A DNA stretch of 64,000 bases from Vicugna vicugna. Lineage: Eukaryota. Location of the stretch: positions 1-64,000 of the forward strand of contig MU062035.1 of assembly GCA_013265495.1 (NCBI GenBank). The letters run 5' to 3'. Within the stretch, counting starts at the first letter, position 1. Each line of letters begins with the position of its first letter. The notes beneath the pieces are model-generated. The model searched no databases and had not been told where the DNA came from. It saw only the letters and a program-made list of their open reading frames with translations. The position numbers and the translations under genes are program-made. This document shows, piece by piece, positions 1 to 13,297 of this stretch.

Positions 1-12
1 AAAAAAAATCTA

Positions 13-18
13 AATAAA
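13..18 (+). terminator. Probable intronic poly(A) signal ending the short (SAM-less) kazrin isoform
   Basis: AATAAA followed 25-55 nt later by GU/U-rich tcttatgttatttgactgtttctatgtt. It lies in the intron upstream of the first SAM exon, where the short isoform is known to terminate in human; the assignment is inferred. Confidence 0.5.
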
Positions 19-843
19 GCTTATTTTAAAATATGATCGAACTCTTATGTTATTTGACTGTTTCTATGTTACTCCGGGTGGGAGGCAAAGCCTGGCATGT
101 CCTGCTCCTTGGAGGTCTAGGGCTGGGTCCTGAGGGGGTGATGGGAGGGGCCGAGGAAAGCTGGCTGGACTCTGGGCCCCTGGAGGGGCTGAGGCCGGGG
201 TGGCTTCCCAGAAACATCTCGTCTTTGCCACCCTCTCTGTAATTTGGAGGAGCTGTCAGCATCCAGGGCTGCCCGTGGTCCTAATGCACCACCTCCGAAC
301 CTGGTGCCCTAGCCCTGTGTTCTCCAGCCCAGTGGCCCCAGTCAGCTTTCATCCGCTTCCTTCTCCCCCAGGCACTCCTTCCAGAGGTCCGGGGGAGCCC
401 TGTGGGTTTTGGGGCATGTTACTTCTTGCAGACCTCAGTGGGCCTCTGCATTGCCCTGACTTCCCACCTTCCCTGAGGACTTAGAGGAGCTTGAGACAGA
501 TTAAAGGAGCCACAAGGCTTCCCTGATGAAGCCAGCATGGGCCAGGCTTTTCCAAGCCCTGTGAGATCCCCCAGATGCAAATCCCAGGCCTCCCCTAGTG
601 ACTCTGCAGTATGGCCTGAGAAGAGGCCACCTGGATACCCCAGTCCATGACTGCAGCCAATGCCTTAAACCTCTGTCTCCCAGCTTAACAACAAATCCTC
701 TCCAACAGTAAGACTGATGGAAGACTGGCCTTTTAACTCCCCTTTCATTTCTGCTAGAAGAAAGCTTAAAGCACCGTGACGTGTAGAGCATGCTGAGAAG
801 TTAACAGAGCTCAGGACTGCAAGGAACTTAGGGACGGCTACCC

Positions 844-984
844 CAGCTGCTCTCAACCTGGGCACACATTAGAATCACCTGCAGAGCTTTCAAAAAAAAA
901 AAAAATTACCGATGCCAGGTACTACATCCCTGAATCAGACTGTTGTTAAACCCTCCCTGGTGCAGCCAGGACTGAGAACCACTG
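844..984. mobile_element. MER5B-like hAT-Charlie MITE
   Basis: cagctgctctcaacctgggcacacattagaatcacctg ... tgcagccaggactgagaaccactg termini. Confidence 0.7.
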
Positions 985-3769
985 GGCTAATCGGAGGAGG
1001 GCAAATGGCCCAAACACACATGCCGCAGCTCTCCTCTCCCTGGCCTCGTGCAGACATCACTAATCAATCAAAGAGTCCTTCCCACCCAGTCCAAAGTGGC
1101 CTCTAGTTTCTTCACTTTACAAAGCCTCAGCCAGTCACTGCCAGTCAGAGATGGCATACAAGGAGAAAGCTTCTTTGCCATCCACTCCACTGAACGGATG
1201 GGGAAGCTGACCAGATTCTCACTAGCACTCCTGCAATCCTGTGGCCTTCTCAAGGGCCGGGCCACACATTCAGATCCACAGAGCTCAACTCAAAAGCCGC
1301 ACGACCTCCTTTGTTAATCTTCTCTACCCCTTGCCCCCAGTGGTCCAATTGCGAGTGGCACTGATTAGTCAGGAAATTGGAGTAGGGCTGCCCGGGGCCT
1401 CCAGGGCCAGTGGACAGCTGCACACGTTGTGTACTGCGTTACTCCAGAAGGCACTCCTGTGTGAATGGCACTGAGCTGTGCCGTGCACAACCTGCGTGGC
1501 TGTCCTCAGTGGCCCTCCTGCGTGCTCTCCCACCCGTGCTGGCAGGCTCCGACAGGCGTAACCTAATCATAGTAATAACAATAATATCTAACATTAGGCA
1601 CTTACCATGGGCCAGGGTCCATGCTGCGCACGTGACACGTATTAACTCAGTTAACCCTGCAGTGGCGACGTTATTGATGAGAAAACCGAGGCGAAGTAAA
1701 TCATCCGGGAAATATTAGACCTGGGCGTCCAGCCTAGGGCATCTAGAGCAAGTGCCCTGAACCGCCCCTCCGTCTGAGCAAGCGAGGGGCTGGGGCGGAG
1801 CAGGCGGCGGCTCTGCTGCTTGAGTCGGGCCAGGTGTGAACCTCACCACCCCCACCCCCACCCCCACCTCGCCCTCCACCAGCCCCCGGCACAGCTTAGC
1901 ATTCGCTTGCTTCTGTAACTGAACCTATTTCTGCTAGCCTTTTACCCCCAGGCCCGGAACACCCACTCCCAGAGGTGGGGAGGGCAGAGCCAACGCAGCC
2001 GCGGTCCGGCCCTCGCGCTCCATCTCTGTCGGAGGCCTGCCTCTCCGTGCCCTGCCGCGGAAGCCCTCGCTGAGCCAGAGCTGCCATTCCCTGAGGCAGG
2101 AGGGTCCCCTCCTGGCCATAGGCTGAGCCCGGGAGTGCCAGGAGCCACCCCGTGCCAATGCCCGAAGGTTACTGGGCTGCTGCTGGGCTCCTGGGGACTC
2201 CAGGGGGGTAGTGGAGCTGCCATAGAGGGGTTCTCAGCCCTATGACAATAGGACCTTAAAAACATCCATGGGCCTTCTCACTAAAATCCGCAACTCCCCC
2301 CTCACCGACCCCCTCACCCATCTGCCCCGAACAAGCGGCTCTTAAGCTTTTGCAACTCAAACTGCACCAGGTGGGGCAGAACCCAGGTGGGCCACGCTCC
2401 CCTACTTCCTACCTCTTCCATTTTCCTGTGGAAAAGGAACCTGATGCTAATAAAGAATTAAGAGGGAATACCTATCATTAACTATCTTGTAAAGGGAGAG
2501 GTTCATAATATTACAAAAGAAATGCCCTGTAAACGTAGAAAGAACTTAGGAGTTTGATCTTGACTGTGTGTTAGAAGTTGTTTAACTATCAAAGTTATAG
2601 CACATCACCACGGAAGTGTCCAGTTGAGGGTCTACATCTCGATGGCACCGGAGTGGGACGTGGATGATTCATACCTGAACCACACCGCGTGGTGCCTTAA
2701 AGCCCAGTCACTGAAAAATGTGCAGATACGCAGCCCTGCGCTGTGCACCCCCAACAGACTGAATCCACGGGAAAATTATCTCAGGAGGGTTCATCTTTAA
2801 GAAGCAAGACTAGCAGCAACTGAAAACCTTGACCTGTCCTTCCTGGAAATGGCAGGACTTCCTGGCACATCCCCAGGGGAAGGCTTGTGATGTTGTCCGG
2901 CGGGGTGCAGCAGGCCTGCTTCTGAATCAGTCCCTGGAGAACAGTGGCTAACTGCGCCTTTGCACTTCTGAGTTTCAGAGTTTGGAAGTCTTTGATTGCT
3001 TTCTTAATGGGTTACCCGTGAGTAGCAGTTAATTGCATCCAAAGTAAGAGAATCTATACAATTGCATGCCTTGCTCCATCTGCAGGACCCTTGCAGCCCA
3101 CCAGGGGGGCAGGCCAGGCCTGGGTAATCGCTCCAGCTCTGGCCTGGCATCTGATTTCAAGCCAGTAGTTTGACCTGTGAGCTTCAGCATCCTCACCTAC
3201 AAAGTAGGTGCAATAATCTTTCCCTCTTCGTGGGCTCAGAAATGTGTGCTGAGCGTGTTTTGGAGCCTGGAAAGCTCTGGCCTCATGGCATATGTTCTCC
3301 AGGATTTGAGTGGATTTAAGTTCAACCAGAGGTAGGAAAAAAGTGTGACATACATCTTGAGCCCAAAGGTGAATCTTGAGCCCGGAGGGTGAAACTGAGG
3401 CATCGGGCTATGGGAACCTGACATCCCTCAGCTGTGCGCATAGTCCTAGAGTCCAAATTCCCTTCCAGTGTTGCTTTGTGAGAGAATCTCGGCTTCGCCT
3501 CAGAACAGGGAGGGTTTGACATGGTTGCCCCTAGAATCTACCAGCTCTGAAAACATTCTGTCTTTCTTGAGTTCAAATAGGGACATTCTCTGCTGTGGCT
3601 TGCATGGAGAAATTTAGACCGTGGGAAGCAATGAGGCTGTTCAAGGCTGGGTTCTTGAGGTAGAAGCCCCAGGGGTCACCCTAGGGTGGCACATTTATAA
3701 GGAGACGTGTGTCAGAGCCCAGGGCCAGCCTAGTCCGGCAGTGAGGGGTGCCTCAAACTCTTTAGAGAT

Positions 3770-3958
3770 ATTTACTCATACGATTCTTCCAACAACTGTC
3801 TAAGATAAACACTGTTATCGTCCCCATTTTACAGATGAACAAACCAAGGCACAGAGAGGGAAAGTCCTTGCCCAAAGTCACACAGCTAGGAAGAGGCAGA
3901 ACCTGGATTCAACTCCAGCAGCCTGGCTCCAGAGTCCGTGTTCTCAGTAACTGTGCTA
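3770..3958 (-). mobile_element. MIR SINE
   Basis: Core ccccattttacagatgaacaaaccaaggcacagagagggaaagtccttgcccaaagtcacacagct. Confidence 0.8.
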
Positions 3959-5767
3959 CATAGTCTCTGATCGGCCACTGGCCCCTGAGTTCTCCCCCAG
4001 GCACAACTGAACAACAGAAAGCTTCAGAGAACTTAAGAAAGCCTCACTAGCCTCGCCCTGCAGGCTAGCTCTTTGGAGCTCAATTTCTCCACCCAATAGA
4101 GGAAGAAACTGGAATAATCGGGGGGGGGGGGTGCAAACTGTGTTCCATGGAAAACTTGGGGATTCCTCAGAGATCCCTCAAGAGGGCGCCACAGCTGGTG
4201 AAAGGACGCGCAGGCAGGACCCCAGCCCCACCTTCTGTCAGAAGCTCTGCTCTTACTCCTCCATGCAAGAGTCCATTCGGAGGATCCCGTCCTAGAAAAA
4301 AAGTGAGCAAGAGGAAAAGAAAACAAGAGGTTTGAGAACCTCACATAGATCCGTAGTTGTCAAATCTGATCAAGTCTTGAGTTTTAAGGATACAGATTCC
4401 CAGGCTTCGCCCACACCTACCGAATTAGAAGGTCTGAGGGTGAGACCCTGGGATCTGTGACCAGCTTCCGACTGTGGCCTCAGCTGCAGGGAGTCACGTG
4501 GGGCCATGGCCAGGAGCGCGGCATCCTGCCCTTGGGCTTCAGTGCAGACTTGCCGTTTGGAAGCTTCCCCGAGGGGCCATCACGAAGTAGGTTGAGGCCA
4601 CCCTCCTGGAGCAGCTCCAGATCCCCCAGGGAGGGAGGAACCACACCCAAGGAAGACCCTAGGCTGCCCGCAAGGCAGAGAGCCAAGGGCACGGGCAGGT
4701 GGGTGTGAGTACCTGCTGCCTCCCGGGCAGCCTCAGAAGCCCACAGCTGCGCCCCTATTAGAGTCACAGAGAGGGTCCTCGATTTTCCTAGAGCCACACA
4801 GCCAGGAGTGGTGGGGGCAGGAGGCAAACCTGCGTGAAGTCCAAGTTCAGAGCATGATGTCCACCATCTCAGACTTCACCTGACCTGCAGCTGACTGTGG
4901 CTTCTGCCCAGCCTTGGCAGGATGCGCTGGCCTTGGCCTGGTGCCCCTTTGGACGTCAGGTGGTGAGCCCTAAACTGGGAGCAAGGCAGCCCAAGTTGTG
5001 CCCTGGGGAGAGGTCGGGGTGGAGCTGCTGCAGAGGGGCCCAGCCTTCTCCATCCCAGAAGTCCCATCAGCCCCAGCCCAGGGCAGTCAGGAGCCCTGAG
5101 CCTAGCTCTGGACATTCCCAGCTTGGATAAAGACTCGCTGTGTGACCATGGGCAAGTCAGTCTCCCTCTCTGGGCCTCAGGTCCCCTCTAAAACAGACCA
5201 GATCAGTGGTTACCCACTTGTGGCCTGTGGAGTCTAATGAGTCCCTGGCGTCCTAGGCCACTTCCCCCGTTACACTGATTGCCCCTCAGCCCAAAGCTCC
5301 AGTTTATTTATCTTATAGATTCGACTTTGAGTCAAAGTTCTGCAACATGAAGGCACCGTAAACTCCATGGCTTAGGTCCTGTCTAAGCTCTGTCCGAGGG
5401 CCTCTGGGATGAGCAAAGGCAGGGGCTGCCTGGGGCTTCCTCCCGCCCCGGCCTTGTGGAAATGTTACTGCCCAGGGACACCCCCAGACTTCCCTGCTCA
5501 CCCTCACCCCTCCTCTGCCTTGGAGGGAGGTGCCACAGGCCCGCTCCCTCCTCAACTCTGGCAGAACAGGAAAGTGGAAGCTACTCGCGGGCCCAGAAGT
5601 TGGGCCCCCCCAACTTCTGAAAGCCTGCAAGTCAAGGGCCAGAGATCCCCCCAGGAGGCCATACATGTCCCCTGGAGGAGCCCCAGTGAGACTATGTTGA
5701 ACAATGCCACTCCCAGGTCACAGCCCTTCACAGTTTACAAAGCCCTTTCACAGGCAGACTAGGGTCA

Positions 5768-5972
5768 AGGTTAAGACATAAATTCTGGGCAAACTCTCTG
5801 GGTTCAAACCTCAATCCTGACATGTACCACCTGGTAACCACAGGTGGGTTACTTAACCAGGCAGTGCCTCAGTTTCCTCACATGGACACTAGGGACAGTA
5901 AGATGTTGTCGGAGGCAGCTGCAAATAAGTTACTATGTATAAAAGGCTTAGCTCAGGTAGCAGTAAATGTTA
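5768..5972 (+). mobile_element. MIR SINE
   Basis: ctgggttcaaacctc...ttacttaacc...gtgcctcagtttcctcaca. Confidence 0.7.
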
Positions 5973-7381
5973 GTGACGATGACAATGGTGACAGTGACAA
6001 CAACGATCTCATTTCAGCCTCTCACCAGCCCCGCGAGGTAGGCAGAACAGGCCCCTTCGTGCAGATGCCAAGACTGGCCCAGGGTGGTTCAGCTGCCAGG
6101 GCAGGCCCAGGTACAGGGCCAGACAGAGCAAGAGTTTTAGAGCTGAGAGGGCTTAGGGTGGCCTCTCACCCACTCCTGTCACATCACAGCCAGGCAGGGC
6201 CTCGGTGGCTGAGCCGGTTCTGGAACCTGGGGCTGCTGACACCCAGGCCAGGGCCCCGAGCTGCCACAAACCGCAAGAGTCAGCCGGGGGAAGACACAGC
6301 CCTTGGGTCAATCCATTTTAGAAACAACGCATAGTATCGCCAACATAAACATTAGCTTTTTTTCAAGGATCTGGCAAGTTCTGCAGTGAAGAAAACTGTT
6401 TCATTTCTCTCCACTTTGTATTTCCCAAACTTAAGTGACCACGGAACCATGCCTTTTCATCTAGTTCCACGGAGCACTCTGTGGAGGGTACCGGGGTGAG
6501 TGGATCCTTCATCTCCATTTATTCCATGCCTGGAGGTGCTGAGTCAGTGGCTCTTTGGAGATCTCTAAGCGGCCACATTTCTGACTTGTTTTAGCCACAG
6601 AAAGTCCCCATGGCCCACGTGGGATTCCCGAGTGCCTTAAGAAGTAAGGTGAGCCAGGTGCAAGGCCAGTGGGGTCTGGACCTCTGTCTATCTGAGCATC
6701 TCCTTCACTCACCAAGAAGCTACATCCATGCAGCATCTGCAAAGGCAGAAAAGCCCCCGCAGATTGGCTGAGAAATGCCAGTCCCAGAGGCTCATTTTGC
6801 TGCCGTCCCAGGTGTAGACAGAGGGCCCTATTGCCACAGGGCCCTGGGGCAGGGAGACTTACGGGCACGCCGTCCTGCCAGGACCTCTGGCTCCAGCTGC
6901 CCGGTCACGCCCCCAGCTCTGAGCTGCTTTCCTAATTGCTTTCCCTGGGACAGGCTGGCGATGTTGGAGTCACATCCAAATTGGCCCCACGCCTGCCCAG
7001 CACCAGCTTCCTTTCTGGTTAGGAGACCCACGTCTCTGGGGGTGGCATGCAGCCTGAGGCTGGGGGCGCACAGGCCAGGGAGGGGAGAAGACTGTCTCTG
7101 TCAGCTGTCACTTCAGAGACCAGAGTTGTGGTGCCAGAGGAGGAAGCTCTCTGAAAGTCGGAGGGAATCCGGGGGCTGGCACAAGTTGAGGGTTGGAGAT
7201 AACAGACCCGGTTACCTATGGCAGCTCGGGTGTGTGAATCACTCCCCAGCTCCCTCCATCTCTTCATGTGTGCGCAGGAAACAGGGTCATTCCAGTGACA
7301 GCCTGAGACCAGTAGAACTGACCACAACCAAGCAGTCAGAGAGGGGTGTCGAGGGAAGACCCAGGCTGGGGAGCCCGATCT

Positions 7382-7510
7382 CTGGGTTTGTCCCAGAGTT
7401 AGCACTTAGCTGAGTGACCCTAAGCCAGCCACTTAGTCCTTTTGAGCCTTAGTTTCCCCCTCTGTGAAATGGACAAAAGACTGCCTCTCTCACAGGGCTG
7501 TTGCAAAGAC
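7382..7510 (+). mobile_element. MIR SINE
   Basis: cttagctgagtgaccc...tgagccttagtttccccctctgtgaaatgg. Confidence 0.7.
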
Positions 7511-8814
7511 AGAATCACAAATGGATAGAAGCGGCCAGCATATCGCAGCTGCCTGTCCCAGCCCAGCCGGAGGCTTCGAGACAGGAAGCGGGACCAGGGG
7601 GATAAAACCCAGGCTCTGAAGCCCAGCTGTGCCCCGTGCACACAGCTAACAGGTGTTTCTGAGCTCCATTTTCCTCATCTGTAACAGGGGCCTCTGGGAA
7701 CCAGCGTCCACCTTCCTCCCGGGGGAGGATGCAGTGCGTCACACCCACGCATCGTACAGCACCAGGCAGCGCTCGCTGTCCTGATGGGGGAGGCCTCCCG
7801 TGTGAGCTGGGGTGACGTTCATTGCTGTTCTAGATCAGCTCTAAGGGGACCCACTGCAGGGTGTGGCTGGTGATGATGACAAGGACTCACCTCTGTGAGC
7901 ATCCTCACGGCCAGTCCTGTGCCGGGCTCATACACGCCCATATCCACCAAGTCAGTGCAGGGGGTGCATGGGGGCTGCAGAGCCACGGGGTTCCACATGC
8001 TCCATCTAAAGGAAGCAGCCTCGCTGGGCTCCAGTGCTTCCAGAGCTCCTGGTTTTTCAAGAGAAGCCAAAAATATCATATAATACACCCCAGTTCTTTA
8101 ACATTAGCAACTTTTTTTTTTCATTTTAGTGTCCTTTAGAGAAAAAGAAATTCTATGGCTCCAGTATGTCTCCAGGCCACCAGCTCTGCCCTCTCCCATC
8201 TGGATTCTCTCTGTGAGCTCGTCCAGCCATGACATCCTTGTCTTTCCCCTTGATCAGAGAGTCCCTGGGCCCAGATAGGTGCCCGTTTCAATACAGCACA
8301 CATCCTCCTTCACTGCAGGGCCCTCCTGCCCTTCCCTCTCTGGACAGCCAAGCGGCAGGAGGACCACACCCATTTCTGAACCCAGAGCAGTATCCCCAGT
8401 GCTTGGGGTGTTTGGGGGAACAGCGGTGGGACTGTCTTCAGAAGCCTGCAGTCAGCCCAGGAATCCAGAGCCCCCAGCAACTCCGGCCCCCAGAAGCCCA
8501 CAAGGCCGGCAGGACTGGGTCAGCCCACCTGCAGCCTGAGAGCCCAGCCAAGTCACCAAACTACTTCTCATGGACTTGGCTAGCTCTGTGGGACTCAGAG
8601 ATAGAGAGGATGTGGGGGAAGGATGCTTCATCTTCAGGTGTGGGTGCTAATGGGCCTGACAAAAGGGCGACTCCACGCTTCCCCAGAAACCTCAGCAGGA
8701 TGCATAGTCATCACTGTGGGGACAGCTGCAACCCAGAGGCCCAGGGAAATGGAGAGGGGGTCAGGCTGAGGACTGAGGACGAAGACTGGCTTTGTACAAT
8801 GACTTGCTGACATT

Positions 8815-9050
8815 CACTGAGGGCCTGCTGTGCCAGGCATGTGTAGACACTTTACATACACTCATTAAGTCATTCAACAAACATTGGCTGACCACTTTCT
8901 ACACTCCAGGCCTACTGCTAAGGGCTGAGGATGCAGATGTAAACAATGAGATGACATAAAGTATCCTAATGTAGTCGTCACCAAAATCACATAAGTGTGT
9001 ATTATTGTCTCAACCCTACAGATGAGGAAACTGAGGCTCTGAGGGGCAGC
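8815..9050 (-). mobile_element. MIR plus L2 3'-end fragments
   Basis: cattcaacaaacattggctga...ctaagggctgaggatgcag; ccctacagatgaggaaactgaggctc. Confidence 0.65.
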
Positions 9051-11149
9051 AAAAACAGCCCAAGGAGACATAGTAAGTGATGAAACAAGACTAGGAACTA
9101 GGGGCCAGCACATTATTGCACTACACCCCTGTCTAGGCAGATAGACGTGAAGCTGATAAAACCATGAGCCGTTTGAAGAAGGCTTGCTTCTCTAATTTCC
9201 AGAATTCTGGTCCTGGAGGGAGGCCGAACAGGGGTGTCACAATTAAAGGAGGTCATCGAAGAGGGGGGAGAAGGCTTATTTAATGAAGTGGGTAGAAATG
9301 TCCCAGGGTATTTTGCCTTGTGCCAAGACTCTGGAATTGACAAACATATCCATGGGTTTGAGAGGGGCGCCCAGCCCTGGCTGCAGACACTGCCAGGTAT
9401 CGCGTTCAGGATGCATGACTGACTGCCATGACGAGCACCCGTTTTCTCTGAGATGGTTCCTATAGGCATCTGAGTTGTAGGAAGGCCCCCAGCATGAGCT
9501 TCGCCAAAGGGCTCTTTATTTCGGAGGAAACTATACAAATGCTGCTCCTGAACATCTTTCTTGTTCCTACATTGGCCTTTGGGCAGGAAGTAAAGTCTCT
9601 CACCACTGGTACCTGAAATTTCCAGGAGGCAGTCGCGAGCCTTTTTGAGGGAGGTGGGAGCTTGGACAGGTGCATTATTCGATGAGGATCCCAAAAGAGG
9701 CATCGCCTCCAAATGCCATGCCCAAGCCAGAGGATCCTGGATCTGACTTAGCAGTGGTCCCTTGTTCCAGTGAGCAAATGCATGGGGTCTCATGGCCATC
9801 ACAGGGACCACAGTCCACTCAGCTCATGGAAGCAGGCTGAGCAGAGATGTCCTGAGGCCCACAGGGGAGCTGGGAGGATCAGTGAAGGGAAGAGATGAGA
9901 CTGCAGATCCATCAGGGGTCCCCAGACCCCACACCGTCCATCACTCCCAGCCTTGCCTCCAAGAACGTGCACTGTCCCTTTATGGGCATGTGAAGAAGAT
10001 GCCTCCTGCCCATAGCCTCTGTTTAAAGGTCCCCTTCACTCCTCACAGAATCCACCTTCCAGGCCCACTTACCAGTAAGGAGGTTGGCCGGGAAAACAGG
10101 TCAGAAAAGAAGCCCGTGGCTGGGAACACACACGGAGGCCAGCGGCCAGCTGGAATACTTTCCTGGTGGAAGCAAAAAAGGCAAGAGATGTCAGTTGCAA
10201 GCTAGACTCTAAGAAGGACTTCCCTCCCAAATGTGGGTACTATTCAGCATTGCAGCAGATCAGCAAGGAGGAAAAAGGAAAGTTTTGATGCATATTTTTT
10301 AAAAAGCAGACAGTCGCTGTCTTTAGATCATCACTTGTTTGCCTTCCCTGGACCTCTTCTGAGAATCTTCCTCCGAAGGCTGTAAAATTAGGAAATACTT
10401 GCCAAGCGTACACCTGGGAGATTTGCCAGCTCCATGAAATCAATTCCCTGACACCTCGGACAATACTCGGGCTGGCAGGAAGGGTGGCTGGAGGGAGGTG
10501 TCCTCCGAGGCTGGGGGCCTGTTGGCCAGGGGACAGACACAGTGAACACAGCTCAGACCCTGGCCAGGCAGTAGGACCCAAAATGAGGGGGAGGGAAGGG
10601 GCCCTCCCCGGCGAGAGCAGAGCTGTGCTGGACTTCTCTGCGCACGACATGGGTTAGTGCATTTTAAGGGACACGTGGCGGTGGGAGTGCCCTCAGCTGT
10701 TAGCTCAGGGCCTCCAAAGGCCCACTGACTCTGGGGTCGGGGTGTTGGGGGTTAGTGGTGGCCACCCGGAGTTCTGCCATCACCCCAGTGGTGGCACAGT
10801 TGGTGACTTGATGCCATTTAGACCATGCTGTCCCCGCGGCCCATGTTCCGAGGGCCTGACCTTTGCACAGAGTATTTCGCAGGGGTTGTGACTGAGGTTG
10901 TAGCGAAGCATCTCCATCCAATGCAGCGGCCGTTATCAGGGCATAAAATGTCACTTTTTCACATTTGAATGCAGTGTTTAAAAAAGTGAGAATTCAGCTT
11001 TTTGGCTTGAAAAGTGTTGACAGGGGCTCCCCTGCCACGGCCGAAGGGCAGGGAGCTCTGACCGGGGTTGGCTGCCGGAGCAGAGCTGATCTGAGGACAG
11101 AGGGGCCGGGGATGGAAGGCTGGGGGCACTAGGAGCAGCCACACGGCGT

Positions 11150-11240
11150 GCTCACTGGCCTCAAGTGGGTGGAGGCCAGGGATGCTGCTAAACACAGGAT
11201 GGCCAGTGACCAAGAATTGTCCGCTCCCAAATGTCACTCA
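11150..11240 (+). mobile_element. MER20 fragment (hAT-Charlie)
   Basis: tggcctcaagtgggtggaggccagggatgctgctaaaca...aagaattgtccgctcccaaatgtca. Confidence 0.6.
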
Positions 11241-11499
11241 ATGGTGCAAAGGTAGAGAGGCCCTGCCACAGGCAAAGAAAAGGAGTGAGATCACATGTAC
11301 ATGTGAGGAACCCACGCGCATCTTGACGTGGCCTAAAGGAGGTGGGGCTGGCCGAAGGGGCGCCTGGAGTGGGAGGCCTGCTCCCTCGCCCCTCACCTCC
11401 AACCTGCCTGCCTTCTTTTAACTAAAACGCACAGAGCCCGCCCTGCTCCAGGCAGCAGCAGGCTGGAGCTGGAGCTGGAGCTCAGACAGGCTCGGAACT

Positions 11500-11650
11500 G
11501 GTTCCCATCTCCAAGTCCAGTGCCTCATGTTGGTAACTGAAATCGGCCACAGTGGGCATAGTCACACCAGTGGGGAACAAACGCTACAAATCCAAACACT
11601 TTTTAAAAAATACAAGAGCTGGTTGTTAAACACTTACCAGCTCACCGCTG
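11500..11650 (-). mobile_element. MER63-like hAT-Blackjack fragment
   Basis: aagagctggttgttaaacacttaccagctcaccgctg matches the reverse-complemented MER63 terminus; internal gttggtaactgaaatcggcca. Confidence 0.6.
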
Positions 11651-11659
11651 GTCTGGGCC

Positions 11660-12200
11660 GTTGCTCGGTGCCAGAGACACCCAGGGAGCAGAATGGACCC
11701 AGCTCCTGCCCTCACGGAGCTGACATCTAGTGGGAGGCAGGGACACTCTGCAAATAACAACACAACCGTTAATTAACTTCAGCTCTGAGAAGTGCAGGCT
11801 CGGCACCTGGCATGATGAGAGCCTGAGTGTGGGTTGGGGGGCATGGAGGTGTGTATGTTTTGGAGGGGCAGGGGCTGGCCTCCGCTAGTTGACAAGAGAA
11901 GGAGTCCCCGAAGAGGCGACATTTAAACAGAGCCCTGAAGGTTTTGCAGGAGCTCAGGCAGAGAAGACAGCAAGAGGCCACCTTTCAGGCAGACAGAGCA
12001 GCAGGTATAGCTGATTGGAGATGAGGAGGGTGGAGAGGCAGGAGCACCGGGCTCCCCAGAAGCCCGGGGTGCTCAGGGTGTAGAGGGAAGGGGTAGAGAC
12101 TGAGGAGAAGCTGGCAAATCTGGGTCACACGGAGCCTTGTCATGGAAGGAACCTGGGCTTTATCCAGGGACCCGGTGAAGGGTACTGGGCAGAAGAGTTC
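11660..12200 (-). mobile_element. L2 LINE fragment
   Basis: cagctcctgccctcacggagctgacatctagtggg and downstream purine-rich L2 motifs. Confidence 0.55.
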
Positions 12201-13297
12201 CCCTGGGCAGATTCCAATTAGGAACAAAAGAAAACGGTATCGTCCATCCCTTTCCCATAACTTGGGTTTTTACCACCGCTAATGGCATTAAGCATCACCA
12301 TGTACCAGGCTTGGGTGGCAAAGAGTTGGTTAGATTTGACCACTGACTTAGGGGTTCCCTTGGTGGCAGGCAGGGCAGGTGGACAGACCCATGCGTGACA
12401 TGCCAGCAGAACATGAGAGCGCTGAGCAGACAGGGCACGTGGCAAGAGGGATGTCCATTCGGGACGGTGTGGAGGAAGGCAGACTCTGAAGGACCTTCCT
12501 GTATAAAGCCACTAAAACCTGAAATAAAACATACTTTTTAGTACATTGCTGGCCTCATCAAAAGTAAGGGAAATTCCCAAGATGCCCCCATCCAAAATCA
12601 AAAGGCTGTGAGCTACCAGGACAGGAGCAGTGAGTGATGACCAAATGTGAAATCCTGAGTCTGTCCTGGGGACAGATGCTGGCATCAGGACTGGTAACAG
12701 GAGAGTAAACCTTGTTGGGGGGCGGGAGGAGGATGCAAAGCCAAAGATCAGAACCTGTGACTCTCTCCTCCTCCCAGGGCCTCTCTGACAACAGTGAAGT
12801 GGTCCCTGCTCCCAGGTACCACCCCCACTCCCTACCTCCTCCCGGCCCCAGCAGAAGCCATGTCCACCCTCTCTGGAGGAAAGTGTCTGCTATTTAGACC
12901 CCAAAGATCCCCATAAGTTCAAATATGAGTTCAGCATGCAGGAGAATCAGCAGAAACAAATGGCAAATTTGGACCCTCCAAGCCCTTTCAGACACAGTAG
13001 TTATCAATACCAAATACAAGATAACATGTATGCGATATTTAAGGAAACTTGAGCTGAAATCATAGACCTAAACAAACAACTATCCAGAAAGACCAGGCAA
13101 ACTTGAAAAAGAACCACATAGAACTTTTAGAAATTTAAATATATAGAGAGTTGGTAACATTTTTTTAAAAGGATGGGTTAAACAGCAGACTAGCTGAAGA
13201 GAGAATCTGAAAATGGACAGTATGTCTATGGAAGTTATACAGAATGCAATGCAGAGAGATAAGTTGATGAAAACCATTGAGGAGAAATTAAAATTTT

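Noticed and set aside
2449-2454. AATAAA in the intron upstream of exon 9
   Set aside because: No GU/U-rich downstream element; isolated hexamers occur by chance.
3098-3112. CTCF-like CCACCAGGGGGGCAG
   Set aside because: An extra G displaces the conserved C of the core; 21762-21774 and 38604-38618 are similarly partial matches.
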